From: Ignavibacteriota bacterium
GTDB taxonomy: Bacteria > Bacteroidota > Ignavibacteria > UBA10030 > UBA6906
Assembly (NCBI GenBank): GCA_963801355.1
Contig: CAWDEM010000008.1
Span: forward strand, 1,472,001-1,536,000
Direction of reading: 5' to 3'
DNA: 64,000 nt
Below are positions 11,462 to 22,185 of the stretch, one piece after another. Within the stretch, counting starts at the first letter, position 1. Every line of letters starts with the position of its first letter. Below the pieces are notes generated by a model, which was not told where the DNA came from, did no database searches, and saw nothing but the letters and a program-made list of their open reading frames with translations. The position numbers were made by a program, and so were the translations under genes.

Positions 11462-11808
11462 AGGTCTCTCCCTTTCCAAATGGCTATCTTGACCTCACAC
11501 TAGTGCGCATCTTAGAAGACTCTTGCTGGCGCATGTGTGCTGAGTCGTTCGAAGAGTCCGTTGGATTCCACGGAGTCTGACGACCAGAATCAACAATTCG
11601 GCGAAAACAGTCCACCCTGGCGAGTCGATGTAGCATGACGAATCCCTTTTTCGGGATCCCCTGCCATAGAGAGTTAGAAGATCACACCGAGAATTGAACT
11701 GGGATTCACTTAGCGATTCATTGTGATTGAGATCTGAATCCCATGGAGATTGCGATGCACCATGTCAGCACGCAAGCCTTTTTCACGAATTCAAAATCAT
11801 CTTCCGCT

Positions 11809-12123
11809 TCAGTCCATGTGGAACACTTCTTCCAACGGCTGAGAAACGGGCGAGAAGTCGGTGTTGGTCTCCATGATGTCCGCCATAAATTCCCACCACC
11901 TGCGAACCACGGGATTCTTACCTAGATCCTGAGAAGACTTCTCCCCATCCTGGCTTTGAACGGCAAAAAGAGTATCGCTCCCCGTGTCGAGATAGATGGT
12001 GTAGTCTTTGATTCCCGATGCAGTCAGAACCGATTTCAGCTCAGGCCAGATCGCGTTGTGCCTGCGAATGTACTCTTCTCTGCAGCCGCTTTTCAATTTC
12101 ATCGTAAAGGCAAATCTCTTCAC
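11809..12123 (-). CDS. rhaM: L-rhamnose mutarotase
   Basis: KRFAFTMKLK..EEYIRRHNAIWPEL...GIKDYTIYLD...RWWEFMADIMETN..P.S.PLEEVFHMD. Confidence 0.92.
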   Translation of the reverse strand: MKRFAFTMKLKSGCREEYIRRHNAIWPELKSVLTASGIKDYTIYLDTGSDTLFAVQSQDGEKSSQDLGKNPVVRRWWEFMADIMETNTDFSPVSQPLEEVFHMD

Positions 12124-12154
12124 GGGCGGTGACGGTCCTCAGGCCAGTAGTGTC

Positions 12155-12340
12155 TCAAGGAATTTCATCGAAGTCGTCTGTCATCACGGTCGGGAAATTG
12201 AAACCATCCAGACTCCTGCCTCAACAGACGAACCGGATTCCTTCCTCGCTAATTTTTTTCAGGAGCGGATAGCTGGTCTTGCCGCCGGCGGCGTTGAGCA
12301 GGATGCCGTTGGCGTGAATGTCGTAGAGAAACTCGAGTTT
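12155..12340 (-). pseudogene. Remnant of a LacI-family regulator sugar-binding domain
   Basis: Reads LYDIHANGILLN...LLKKISEEGIRFVC*GRSLDGFNFPTVMTDD with an in-frame stop at 12221; resembles the DGIIL...GIPFV.DR...PSV..D pattern. Confidence 0.5.
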
Positions 12341-12751
12341 TGGGACTGCTTCAGGATGTCTTCTTTGCCGCCAGATGCGAGGATTTAGAACGAGCAAAAC
12401 GACTTTTGGGTTCGATTGCCCGCCGCGCTCTGGCGTGAGAATGTGCTCTCGTTGCATCCTCTTGGCTTCCGCTCTACCGCGTTACAAAGTGGTTCTTGTG
12501 GCTTCGCCGCCTTGGTCACAGAGGCTTCCTAAATCGGTTACTTAAACGATTACGCAATCGATGCCGTAATATATTGCATCCTTTTTCGTTTGTCAAGAGG
12601 CCGAATTGACTATCCAGAGAGCCGTGGCTATATTGGGGCATCAAGCCATGTGCCTGACCTGTACTGAGGATTCTGGCAACATCTATTTCGGAGGGCTCCC
12701 CCACAAGGGTAGCTACGGCTCATCGAGGGGACTTCGGACAAGGAGGAATCA

Positions 12752-14749
12752 ATGTTTTCAAAAATCAGACGACTGGTAATGAAACCGTTCACTGTGTGCC
12801 CCCGAACTGGTAGAATAACCGGACTTGAAATAGAAAAAAGAAAATCTGTGTGGCTTTGGATTGTTGTTGGTCTGGCCTCTGCCATTTGGGTTCTCATCCG
12901 TGTTGTACCCAAGCCCAGCCGTGCGACTTATCCTTGCCAAAGGGTGGCTCAGCCGCTGGCCGCCGGCTTTGTTGCCTGGTTGTTGGGATTGGCCGGATCC
13001 ACCTTGATCATTGGCCGGGCCCGTCGTCTGTTTCAAAAACAACGGTACGTAGTGGGGGCGATCTGTCTTACAGCGGCGGTCTTGCTTTGCTTTGGCACCT
13101 TGAGTGATACACGTGATGTTGCCGCGTCAGCCGAAATCTTTGTCCCCACCGATCCGGCTAACAGTCCTGTAGGTACCGGCAAAGGGATTCATCCCGGACG
13201 CGTCGTGTGGGTCTATGACAGCCTGCTCAGTGATCAAGGCAGCACAAGTGGTTGGTGGTGGGAGGATCGACGCACTGATCCAGAGGTAGCTCAGCGGATG
13301 ATGACGCAGGCGCTGCTCAACCTCACCGGCATTGACAATTCGGCTGCGGCATGGGATTCCCTCTTCAAGTACTTTAACCGAACGCGTTACGGCCAAAACG
13401 ATGTGGGCTACCAGGCTGGTGACAAGATCGCCATCAAGGTCAACAACATTTTCTCCCGTTCCTACGTATGGACCACCAGCCAGGACGGCCGGCCCTGTCC
13501 GCAAATGGTTCATGCCCTGCTCTGGCAACTGGTGAACAAAGCCGGCGTTCCTGAAGCAGACATCACCATCTATGACTGCGTCTTCTATCATGGCGACCCG
13601 GTTTACAGTTACAACCACAAAGACTTTCCAAGCGTGCGCTGGGCTGAAGGCGATGCTACGGATCGCAGTGGATATGAATCCGGTCCTGGTAGTGATCCTG
13701 GTACCCGGGAAAAGGTAGTGCCCGATACTAACTGTGTGGTCCATTATGGCGATCCGGGCATCGTTCCCGGCAGCGGTACAGTCTGCCTGCCCACGGTTGT
13801 CTCAGAGGCCAAGTATCTCATCAACGTCGCGTTGGCGCGCCCCCATGAACTGGCAGGCATCACCTGCTGCGCAAAGAACTTCTTCGGCTCGGTCTGGCAT
13901 CCCAATCCTCCCCCGGGGAACGATTATTATTACCATGGCTGGTGCCCGTTCTTTATGCATAAGGCAGTCGCCGCCCTCAATTTCTCCGCCGACATTCCCA
14001 TGCGCTCCATGGGATCCTACAATGCCCTGGTCGATCTCATGGGCCACAAAGACCTGGGCGGCAAGACCTTTCTGTTCATAGGTGAATGTATTCGCCCTAA
14101 GTACTGGTCGGCTCCACCCTTCAATCGCCGACCCGCATCGAGTTTGTTCATGAGCCAGGATATAGTCGCCATTGAGTCGGTCCTGCTGGACTTTTTGCAG
14201 TCTGCGGGAGTCGTGCCCGCAGGTACGCCTGAGAATTATCTCCACGAAGCGGCCCAGGCCGACAATCCGCCTTCGGGCACTGTCTACGACCCGGAAAACG
14301 ACGGCATCCCCTTGAAGAGCCTGGGCGTACATGAGCACTGGAACAACTCTACGGACAAGCAGTACAGCCGCAATCTGGGTATCGGTGAAGGTATTGAGCT
14401 GATCAAAATATTGAATCCTACCCCAACTGCTGTTGAGCCTAGCAATGGTGATATCCCAGCCACTTTCACGCTTTTTGCGAACTATCCCAATCCCTTTAAT
14501 CCATCAACCACCATTTGCTACTCACTACCGACTGCTGCCGATATCAGGTTGAACATCTACAATGTGACGGGAGAAAAGGTGCGTACGCTCATCAATCAGC
14601 ATCAATCTGCAGGCACCTTTCATATTAGTTGGAATGGGCGCAATGATAACGACGTACGTGTAGCTTCCGGTATCTTTATATACAGAATGGAAAGAATTAC
14701 AGGCAGAGAAACAGACAGCCAATCACATCAAATGTTGCTGCTCAAATGA
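12752..14749 (+). CDS. DUF362-type domain protein with N-terminal membrane segment and C-terminal T9SS/FlgD-like domain
   Basis: IRVVPKPSRATYPCQR, GIHPGRVVWV, IAIKVN, AGITCCAKNFFG, SLGVHEHWNN; ANYPNPFNP tail. Confidence 0.75.
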   Translation: MFSKIRRLVMKPFTVCPRTGRITGLEIEKRKSVWLWIVVGLASAIWVLIRVVPKPSRATYPCQRVAQPLAAGFVAWLLGLAGSTLIIGRARRLFQKQRYVVGAICLTAAVLLCFGTLSDTRDVAASAEIFVPTDPANSPVGTGKGIHPGRVVWVYDSLLSDQGSTSGWWWEDRRTDPEVAQRMMTQALLNLTGIDNSAAAWDSLFKYFNRTRYGQNDVGYQAGDKIAIKVNNIFSRSYVWTTSQDGRPCPQMVHALLWQLVNKAGVPEADITIYDCVFYHGDPVYSYNHKDFPSVRWAEGDATDRSGYESGPGSDPGTREKVVPDTNCVVHYGDPGIVPGSGTVCLPTVVSEAKYLINVALARPHELAGITCCAKNFFGSVWHPNPPPGNDYYYHGWCPFFMHKAVAALNFSADIPMRSMGSYNALVDLMGHKDLGGKTFLFIGECIRPKYWSAPPFNRRPASSLFMSQDIVAIESVLLDFLQSAGVVPAGTPENYLHEAAQADNPPSGTVYDPENDGIPLKSLGVHEHWNNSTDKQYSRNLGIGEGIELIKILNPTPTAVEPSNGDIPATFTLFANYPNPFNPSTTICYSLPTAADIRLNIYNVTGEKVRTLINQHQSAGTFHISWNGRNDNDVRVASGIFIYRMERITGRETDSQSHQMLLLK

Positions 14750-15353
14750 CAAGGTAGCTGTCGTGGGCGGGTCCCATCACTACTTGTCCCTCGTCAAGAT
14801 GTCACCCAGGTTCGAATTGGCGAATTGGCACTGAATTCGATACTTTGTCCTGTCCCGAAACCAATGATGAAACCCCTAGATGCTCAGATCTTTCCTGTCG
14901 TATTGCCTTCTTTTCTTAAAGATCAGAAACCAACTTCATTGGGAGATCCTTTGTCGAGGCGGCGATAACTTGAATTTCATACTGGAATCTTAGTCCAACC
15001 CACGCACCCGCGCAGGGGATCTCGTGATTCACGATGGCATTTTGCCCCGGACGGGATTTTGAAGAGAGACAGCTCACCGCAGGGCCTCGTCTGATTTTAT
15101 GGCGTAGTCGCATACAGCTGATTGTTGTCTGTTGCCTGTGAATCAGATATTCTGTAAGTACATCACACCAACAGACTTCGCGATTCAGGCGGACAAAAGA
15201 GCAACCGAGGTGCTTCATTACTATGGGCATTGATATAGGAAATTGTCAATTTGCGCCCAACAGCGGTATGCAGCGGACGCGCCACAAGAATGGCGCCATA
15301 GAATTTCAACGTTAAGTGGCAAACGCGATCTGTTCCAACATATCAATTCGCAC

Positions 15354-15590
15354 ATGACTAGTACTAGGCTTCTTGGACTCTTCCGTCTGTTTCGTTTTGA
15401 GCTTCCGTTTTCGGCCGGCGTTTGCGTCGTCTTGGGTCAGTTCCTTGCATTCGATTCAATCCCGCCGCCTCAAGAGATCGTGCTGGGTTTTTTGAGCGTG
15501 TTCTTCATTTCAGCCACAGCACTCATACTTAACGACTACTTCGACCTGGAGATAGACCGAATCAACGCGCCACACAGACCAATCCCCTCG
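15354..15590 (+). pseudogene. N-terminal fragment of a UbiA-family prenyltransferase
   Basis: LILNDYFDLEIDRINAPHRPIPS is the first Asp-rich UbiA motif; similarity ends abruptly at about 15590. Confidence 0.75.
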
Positions 15591-15749
15591 GACTTGCCTT
15601 TGTGGATCTGGCTGATGAACTGGAGAGTATACTCGGCATGCGTGTCGACCTCGTCTCTGGCGGAGCCCTGAACCAGAGAGGCTACGATTCCATGTCCGCG
15701 GATTTTCGCTATGTCTAGGCGCAACGCGCAACTCCTTATTCCATATTGA
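15587..15749 (+). pseudogene. C-terminal remnant of an MNT nucleotidyltransferase plus the first codons of a HEPN/DUF86 partner
   Basis: Alternate frame LGLAFVDLADELESILGMRVDLVSGGAL...FRYV* (TAG 15716-15718) overlaps ATG 15711 MSRRNAQLL, the usual MNT-HEPN gene overlap. Confidence 0.65.
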
Positions 15750-15779
15750 AATCGGTCCAATAAACGTGGTTCTTGTCGC

Positions 15780-16286
15780 ATGTCCATTCTAGAGAAAAAC
15801 ATTGAATCTATTGAAGTTCTCGCAGCTCAGAAGGAGAAAGAAAACTATCGATTTAGAATTCTGCTTAAACAACGTGATTCAACGCGAATCGATCGACTTG
15901 CCCATCGTATCAATTCAGAGGTTGTAAATGAGATTGACTGCACTGCATGTGGGAACTGCTGTGTCACGCTGAGACCGGTCGTTACTGACAAAGAGATCGC
16001 AAAATTATCCAGACTGCTAAACATATCAAAGGAGCTCTTTGCTGACCAGTACACCGAACATGTTGCAGACGAGAACGTGAGGATGCTCAAGGATACTCCT
16101 TGCACCTTCCTCGCCAATAAGAAGTGTACAGTGTACGACGCCAGGCCTCATGATTGCCGATCTTTTCCACACATCGAAAAAGACGGCTTCACATTCAGAA
16201 CACTGGAGATGGTTGAGAACTGTGGAATTTGTCCAATCATCTATAACGTGCTGGAGCGATTGAAGAAAGAGTTGCATTTTCGTTAG
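15780..16286 (+). CDS. YkgJ-family cysteine-cluster (CxxCxxCC) protein
   Basis: CTACGNCC, PCTFL..KKCTVYDARPHDCRSFP. Confidence 0.88.
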   Translation: MSILEKNIESIEVLAAQKEKENYRFRILLKQRDSTRIDRLAHRINSEVVNEIDCTACGNCCVTLRPVVTDKEIAKLSRLLNISKELFADQYTEHVADENVRMLKDTPCTFLANKKCTVYDARPHDCRSFPHIEKDGFTFRTLEMVENCGICPIIYNVLERLKKELHFR

Positions 16287-16391
16287 CACATCGGAGGACA
16301 TACTTCCAGTTTGCGGACGCCTCCCCGGTAGGTGTGATTGAGGCGAGCCCTGAGGGCTGCCACACTGCGGCTCGATGGGATCCCCGGGGGG

Positions 16392-17724
16392 TGTAGCTCT
16401 TCAATATTCCATCCGCGTCCAACATAGCGAATCCGAGCGACTTTCGCTACTTTGAATTGTGTATCAACCAACCGGACAGAAGCCCAGATGCTCAGTTCCT
16501 TCCTCTCGTTTTGTCTCCGATTCTTCAGATCACGGATTCAGCTTCAGCTGGAGATCATCTTCCTCCGAAAACAGCTCGAAATACTCGCTCGCACGTCCCT
16601 GAGACCCCGACTGCGATCCTCCGACAGATTCTTCTTCAGCACCATGACCAATGTTTTCGGCTCTTGGAAGGAGACGCTGCTGGTCATCAAGCCGGAAACG
16701 GTCATCCGGTGGCACCGGCAAAGCTTCAGATTGCTTTGGAAATGGAAAAGCCGATCAGAAGCGGGCAGACCGAAGATCCCGCAGGCCCAGATCAACCTGA
16801 TCAAGCAGATGGCAAACGAGAATCCCCTCTGGGGCGCCCCCCGGATTCACGGAGAGTTGCTCAAGCCCGGGTTTGATATCTCAGAAGCCACAGTACAACG
16901 ATACATGCCCAAGAGACAGCATAGAACCACCCGGCAACGTTGGAAAATCTTCTTGAAGAACCATTCATCACAAATCGTATCAGTTGATTTCCTCGTCGTC
17001 CCCACAATCACCTTCCGGTTGTTCTACGTTCTGGTCTTCCTATCACACGACAGGCGAAGAATCATCCATTTCAACGTCACGGCCAATCCCACCGCTCACT
17101 GGTGTGCTCAGCAGTTGCGCAACATCTTCTGTGATCATGAGCCACCAAGATTTCTTCTGCGGGATCGTGATGCGAAGTTCGGCGAGATGTTCACCGAGAT
17201 TGTGACCGCGCTTGGTATCGACCCACTGTTGACAGCCTACAGGTCGTCGTGGCAAAATGGATACGCGGAACGACTAATCGGGAGCATAAGGCGCGAATGT
17301 CTCGACCACTTGATTATTCTGAATGAAACACACCTGCGTGAGATTGTGCAGGAATACGTCCGCTACTACAACACGCAACGAACCCACCTGGGGATCGCCA
17401 AGGACTCACCTGAGCCGCGGGAGGTTCAAACCGAAGGGGAGATTGAGAAGATTCCTGTGGTGGGCGGACTGCATCACTATTACTTCCGACGGGCCGCGTA
17501 AGGAACACTCACGAACTGATTACTGCGATGTTGCCCGCGTGGGCTGTGGGGGGATCTACGTCCTTCCTTCGGAAGAAACCGTCCCTCAAGCAAGAATCTC
17601 AACTCCCTTCCCTACTCTGCTGGAAGACAACCCTCTTGAATTCTGTTTACTCCGCTTGAGGACTTCGCTCAACTGAGAGATCGCGGGAGTATTCCGCGTC
17701 GGATGGAATATTGACGAAGGAAAC
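16392..17724 (+). mobile_element. Integrase-core (rve) insertion sequence with terminal inverted repeats
   Basis: Perfect 15-bp inverted repeat TCAATATTCCATCCG (16401-16415) / CGGATGGAATATTGA (17700-17714) flanks the transposase; outer ends are approximate. Confidence 0.75.
16488..17501 (+). CDS. DDE transposase, integrase core domain
   Basis: ENPLWGAPRIHGEL, SVDFLVV, LLRDRDAKF, QNGYAERLIGSIRRECLDH, GGLHHYY. Confidence 0.9.
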   Translation: MLSSFLSFCLRFFRSRIQLQLEIIFLRKQLEILARTSLRPRLRSSDRFFFSTMTNVFGSWKETLLVIKPETVIRWHRQSFRLLWKWKSRSEAGRPKIPQAQINLIKQMANENPLWGAPRIHGELLKPGFDISEATVQRYMPKRQHRTTRQRWKIFLKNHSSQIVSVDFLVVPTITFRLFYVLVFLSHDRRRIIHFNVTANPTAHWCAQQLRNIFCDHEPPRFLLRDRDAKFGEMFTEIVTALGIDPLLTAYRSSWQNGYAERLIGSIRRECLDHLIILNETHLREIVQEYVRYYNTQRTHLGIAKDSPEPREVQTEGEIEKIPVVGGLHHYYFRRAA

Positions 17725-17958
17725 GGCTGTGTAGATGGTGGACATGATTCTGTCGTCCACATTGGGACAGCTCAAACCGTCGTGAGGTTTGATTAGGAAG
17801 TATCCAACCATTGAGATCATTCTAAGCGAAAGACCGCTTTCGAAATCTCGGGTTGGATTGCTCCGGCGTTTGAGAGAAGATTAGCAGCGAATTCCGCGAT
17901 CAAGTCTCAAGACTGACCTTCCAATGGCGAGCTACGCTGTTCTGTGTTCCTTGAACTA

Positions 17959-18000
17959 ACCACTTGACATTGTGCTTGATAAGTGGTAATATCACTACCA
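17959..18000 (+). promoter_or_regulatory. Sigma70-type promoter of the abiE operon with overlapping inverted repeats
   Basis: TTGACA (17964-17969), 17-bp spacer, TGgTAATAT extended -10; ACCACTT/AAGTGGT and TGGTA/TACCA inverted repeats overlap it. Confidence 0.65.
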
Positions 18001-18103
18001 CAATTCGCGCTGAACGTAAAATTGATCCTGTGCGACATCAGCTTGCCGCACAAAACAATGATGCTGTGGCAATTTGAATATCACCTGACGAACCGAACAT
18101 GAA

Positions 18104-18907
18104 ATGAAAGCAGAGGCATTCTTTTCCAGCCATCCGGTCTTCTCGTTTGCAGAGGCCGTGGCCACCCTGGCCCCCAAAAAGGATCGGCGTGGGATGGTGG
18201 ATCGCCTGAAACATCATGTGAAGAACCACACGCTGAAACAGGTTGCCCGAGGTGTGTACGCCGTCGTTCCACCAGGAGACGACACTGGGAAGTTCCGGCC
18301 GGATCCCTTCCTTGTGGGTGTAGCACTTCGTCCCGATGCAGTGTTCTCCCACCACAGCGCGCTTGAGCTTCTTGGGGCTTCACATTCAGCATGGAATAGC
18401 GTCACCCTCTTCTCAGCGAGACGAAGGACGAGTCTCACGGCTGATGGGATGAAGTTCTCCGTCTTCCAGAATCCTCAACAAATGAATGTCTCGGGCGAAA
18501 CAACGCTCGGAACACGCAGGGTGGAGAGACGGGGCAGGTTTCTGGTGGTCACTGGTCCGGAACGGACTCTCGTGGAGGGATTCCGACGCCCTGAATTGGT
18601 CGGAGGATTTGAGGAACTTGTTACTTCAGCCGCTGGCTTTGCGGTGCTTGATGTCAAGCTTCTCCTGGGAATACTTGAACGGTACCGAACATCTAGGCTC
18701 TGGTCGGCGGTGGGTTGGTTTCTCGAACGGTTCCGAAACGATTTTCATGTGAAAGACGACGTTCTCATGCGATGTGAACGGCAGAGGCCGGGTGCGGCTC
18801 AGTATCTTCAGCGAGACTCGCGGGGCGGCATACTCTTGAGGCGATGGAACCTAATAGTGCCTCAGTCTCTGACGAAGGCAGTGGAGCCGAATGAAGCTCA
18901 GTCTTGA
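18104..18907 (+). CDS. abiEi: Type IV toxin-antitoxin antitoxin / transcription regulator (AbiEi-like)
   Basis: N-terminal wHTH (VARGVYAVV), SHHSALELLG, VTGPERTLVE; overlaps the downstream toxin gene. Confidence 0.82.
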   Translation: MKAEAFFSSHPVFSFAEAVATLAPKKDRRGMVDRLKHHVKNHTLKQVARGVYAVVPPGDDTGKFRPDPFLVGVALRPDAVFSHHSALELLGASHSAWNSVTLFSARRRTSLTADGMKFSVFQNPQQMNVSGETTLGTRRVERRGRFLVVTGPERTLVEGFRRPELVGGFEELVTSAAGFAVLDVKLLLGILERYRTSRLWSAVGWFLERFRNDFHVKDDVLMRCERQRPGAAQYLQRDSRGGILLRRWNLIVPQSLTKAVEPNEAQS

Positions 18908-19862
18908 ATTCCTTGAGCGTTGCTCTGCCGAGACTGGCTTCCAAGTGGCAGCGCTGGAGAAGGTCACCAGGATGGGAGAAATAGCTGGCCACATTGCACG
19001 TCATCCAACGCTGGGTGAGGTTCTGGCACTCAAGGGTGGCACTGCACTCAACTTGTGTTTGGGTGCCCCTACACGACTCTCCGTCGATCTTGACTTCAAC
19101 TACATTGGAAGCGAAACGCGTGAGGGAATGCTGGTCGAACGGCCGAAAGTCCGTAAGGCAATTCTCACGCTCGCTGGCCGACTGGGATATCGCGCGCAGG
19201 AATCGGCAGAAGCATTTTCCGGAGGGAAGATCTACCTATCCTACCGATCAGTCTTGGGACCCCAAGACAGGATCGAGATCGATTTGAATTTCGTGTTCCG
19301 AATTCCTTTTTCCGGAACTCTCGTGCAACGCCTATGGCAGCCGGATGCCCTTGATCAACCCGATGTCCGAATCGTTGGAGTTACGGAACTTCTGATCGGC
19401 AAGCTCTTGGCGCTGCTGGATCGTGGAGCCGCTCGAGATGTGTGGGATGTGGCAAACCTCCCGAAAGCAGCACTACAAGTCGTAAAGTCGGACGAATTCC
19501 GTCGGCATTTCATCGCATTCTCCGCGACGCTCCCACATCCACTGACAACGTATACACAACGCCGGCTCGAGAACCTTGCGACCAACCAAGCACTGACTCA
19601 ACAACTGCTTCCGATGCTCATCAGGAATGAAGCTCCCGATTTGAGCACACTTGTTCCACGGGCTTGGGACGTAATTGCAGATCTCATCAAGGTTGATCCC
19701 GATGAATCCGAGTACATTGCTTCAATTGAACGAGGTGAAATCCGGGTTGAGCTGCTCTTTCCTGACGACCCTCACAAAGCAGAGCTCATTGCACGGCACC
19801 CTGCGATTCAATGGAAAATCAAGAATGTTCGTGACAGACGCGAGCGACAACGCGGGTTGTAG
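18891..19862 (+). CDS. abiEii: AbiEii/AbiGii nucleotidyltransferase toxin
   Basis: LKGGTALNL, RLSVDLDF, KLLALLDR.AARDVWD motifs. Confidence 0.88.
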   Translation: MKLSLEFLERCSAETGFQVAALEKVTRMGEIAGHIARHPTLGEVLALKGGTALNLCLGAPTRLSVDLDFNYIGSETREGMLVERPKVRKAILTLAGRLGYRAQESAEAFSGGKIYLSYRSVLGPQDRIEIDLNFVFRIPFSGTLVQRLWQPDALDQPDVRIVGVTELLIGKLLALLDRGAARDVWDVANLPKAALQVVKSDEFRRHFIAFSATLPHPLTTYTQRRLENLATNQALTQQLLPMLIRNEAPDLSTLVPRAWDVIADLIKVDPDESEYIASIERGEIRVELLFPDDPHKAELIARHPAIQWKIKNVRDRRERQRGL

Positions 19863-19872
19863 GTGTAGCAAA

Positions 19873-19886
19873 TAGCGGGGGCAGGA
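19873..19886 (-). repeat. Copy of tRNA-Met 3' end (putative att site 1)
   Basis: TAGCGGGGGCAGGA is identical to 43890-43903. Confidence 0.65.
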
Positions 19887-20070
19887 ACACTTCTAGACTT
19901 ACAACTTTCGAGCCGATTGTCGAGGTGGCGATAACCTAGTCTTTGCAGGAATATCGCTACCTACAGCTCAACATCCTCTTCACTCATCTTGGTAAGACGG
20001 GCTTCCGTTTCTGCCCGGGTCTTCCGATTCATAGCGGTGTCTTGAACCAGGTTCTGCGCATCCGCGCGGG

Positions 20071-22185
20071 TCACTTGAATTCCCCAACCAACCGCCGGAA
20101 ATCCTCATCTTCTCGGTATTCGTTGAAGTCCGGGTCATTAGTGATCGAGCCATGGAAAACCTTGCCACCCTCAAAGGCTAACTTCAGACACTGAAGCATT
20201 TCGCTCTTCTCTCCAAGCGCAGCGAGTGTGCACGCAGCGTTGTAGTGTGCGTGGCTGTCTGTCGGGTCGGAATTGCGTATCTTCCCCACTTCAGCCAAGG
20301 CCTTCTCGCGCTCGCCCAGCCGGGCGTACGCGTTTGCCACCCTGCTCCGCGTAATGGTATCATCGGGATTCAGCTCGAGCTTCCGGATCCCGATTTCGAG
20401 AGATTTGCGCCGTGCGGCGTCCGACGAGGCATAGTTACCCATTTCCCGATATACCATGTCCAGATGGACCCAGGGTTCTTCGCTGTAGGGTTTCAGTTCA
20501 CTGGCCCGCACAAAGCAGCTAATTGCGGCATCATGCTCTCCTGTTCGATCGAACACCATACCCAGCCAGAGGAAGCCTTCGTAGAAATCCGGTCTTTCCC
20601 GGATAATCGATTCGAAGGAACGCTTCGCTTCGTCGAAGCGCCTCTGATGAACGTAGACCGTAGCAAGAGCATGGCGTGCCTCGAATGATCCAGGATCCCG
20701 AGCCAGCGACTTTTCACTCACCTCGATAGTCCTACCGAGCCATTTTGGGTCTCCGTCATACCATGCGAAGATGTGGGCACACGCTTGGGCGAGTCCTGAG
20801 AGAGCTCCCACAAACCCAGCATCAATCACGAGCGCTCGCTCAAACATCTGCACCGCCTGCTCCGCATTCTTGCGGCCGCGTCGAGAAATGAGATCTTTAC
20901 CGCGCATGTAGAAGTCATATGCTCTCAGGTCATCTGTCGGTCTCTTTGCAAGTGCAGCTTCTTCGGTTTCGGTGAGCGAAAGGCGCAATGCCTCCACAAT
21001 CTTTCGAGCAACGTCCTCCTGAACATCCAGAATATCTTCTAGCAGCCTGTCAAATCGCTCCGCCCAGATTTGGTACCCCGTGCGCACATCAGACAACTGG
21101 GCCGTGATACGGATCCGATTCCCGGCTTTGCGCACGCTTCCTTCTAGGACATGACTTGTACGAAGCGCCTCTCCCAGCTTCCGGGTGTTGATGTCCTTGT
21201 TGCGAAATGGCAGGACGTCGCTGCGGGGTACGACCTTGAGGCTCGTGATCCTTGAAAGATCCGTGATGATGTCTTCAGTGATGCCGGCGCAGAAATAATC
21301 GGTGTCACGTTCGGAGCTCATGTTCTCGAAGTAAAGAACGGCGATACTCTTTTCCGCTACGGGGTTGGCGACGGGAGCCTGTGATCCTTTTAGCTCCCCA
21401 ACAAGTGTCCCCGCTGAAGGGATCCTCTTGGCGGGATCTTTTTCGAGGAGCTTGGACACCAGAATCTGTAGGCGGTCTGGGATATCGGGGCGATGCTGCT
21501 GGAGGGGAGGTGGTGTACTGTTCAGGATTTCGTACATGAGTGCGGCTTCGTGTTCTCCGTGGAAAGGGAGAGTGCCAGAAAGCATTTCGTACAGGAGCAC
21601 GCCGACCGACCAGAGATCCGTTCGCTGATCTACTTCTTCTCCCCGGACCTGCTCAGGCGACATATAGGCAAACGTCCCGAGTGTTGATCCAGATTTCGTC
21701 AGTCCGGTCAGTCCGGCGAGTTTTGCCAGTCCGAAATCGAGGATCTTCGCAGTCCCGTCAGTGCCAAGAAGGATATTTGCAGGTTTGATGTCCCGGTGAA
21801 CGATCCCTCTTGCGTGAGCGCTTGCCAGTCCTTGTGTGACCTGAAGTGCAAGAGCCAGGACATCCTCAATCCTCATAGGACCCCCCGCGATTTTCTCCTT
21901 CAGCGTCTCCCCCTCGTAGAGGTCCATGACAATGAACATTGTGCCGTCATCGGTCCGGTCGACATCGTGGATGGTGCAGATGTTGTTGTGCTGCAGGGCT
22001 GACGCTGCCTGGGCTTCAGTAATAAATCGCTCTCTGGCCACGCTGTCTTTCGTAAGGTCAGGAGGGAGGAATTTGAGTGCAACGGCGCGCTTGAGGCGGG
22101 TGTCCTCGGCTTTGTATACAACGCCCATGCCGCCTTCGCCAAGCTTCTCGAGGATCTTGTAGTGGGAAACAGTCTTGGCGATCAT
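20071..22185 (-). CDS. Ser/Thr protein kinase with TolB-like domain and TPRs
   Basis: LGEGGMGVVY, VALK, HRDIKPAN, DFG, YMSPEQ; SIAVLYFEN domain; TPR repeats. Confidence 0.92.
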   Translation of the reverse strand: MIAKTVSHYKILEKLGEGGMGVVYKAEDTRLKRAVALKFLPPDLTKDSVARERFITEAQAASALQHNNICTIHDVDRTDDGTMFIVMDLYEGETLKEKIAGGPMRIEDVLALALQVTQGLASAHARGIVHRDIKPANILLGTDGTAKILDFGLAKLAGLTGLTKSGSTLGTFAYMSPEQVRGEEVDQRTDLWSVGVLLYEMLSGTLPFHGEHEAALMYEILNSTPPPLQQHRPDIPDRLQILVSKLLEKDPAKRIPSAGTLVGELKGSQAPVANPVAEKSIAVLYFENMSSERDTDYFCAGITEDIITDLSRITSLKVVPRSDVLPFRNKDINTRKLGEALRTSHVLEGSVRKAGNRIRITAQLSDVRTGYQIWAERFDRLLEDILDVQEDVARKIVEALRLSLTETEEAALAKRPTDDLRAYDFYMRGKDLISRRGRKNAEQAVQMFERALVIDAGFVGALSGLAQACAHIFAWYDGDPKWLGRTIEVSEKSLARDPGSFEARHALATVYVHQRRFDEAKRSFESIIRERPDFYEGFLWLGMVFDRTGEHDAAISCFVRASELKPYSEEPWVHLDMVYREMGNYASSDAARRKSLEIGIRKLELNPDDTITRSRVANAYARLGEREKALAEVGKIRNSDPTDSHAHYNAACTLAALGEKSEMLQCLKLAFEGGKVFHGSITNDPDFNEYREDEDFRRLVGEFK

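Noticed and set aside
11480-11800. Possible structured leader upstream of the PUL TBDR
   Set aside because: Only short inverted repeats (GGGATTCA/TGAATCCC), which is not enough support.
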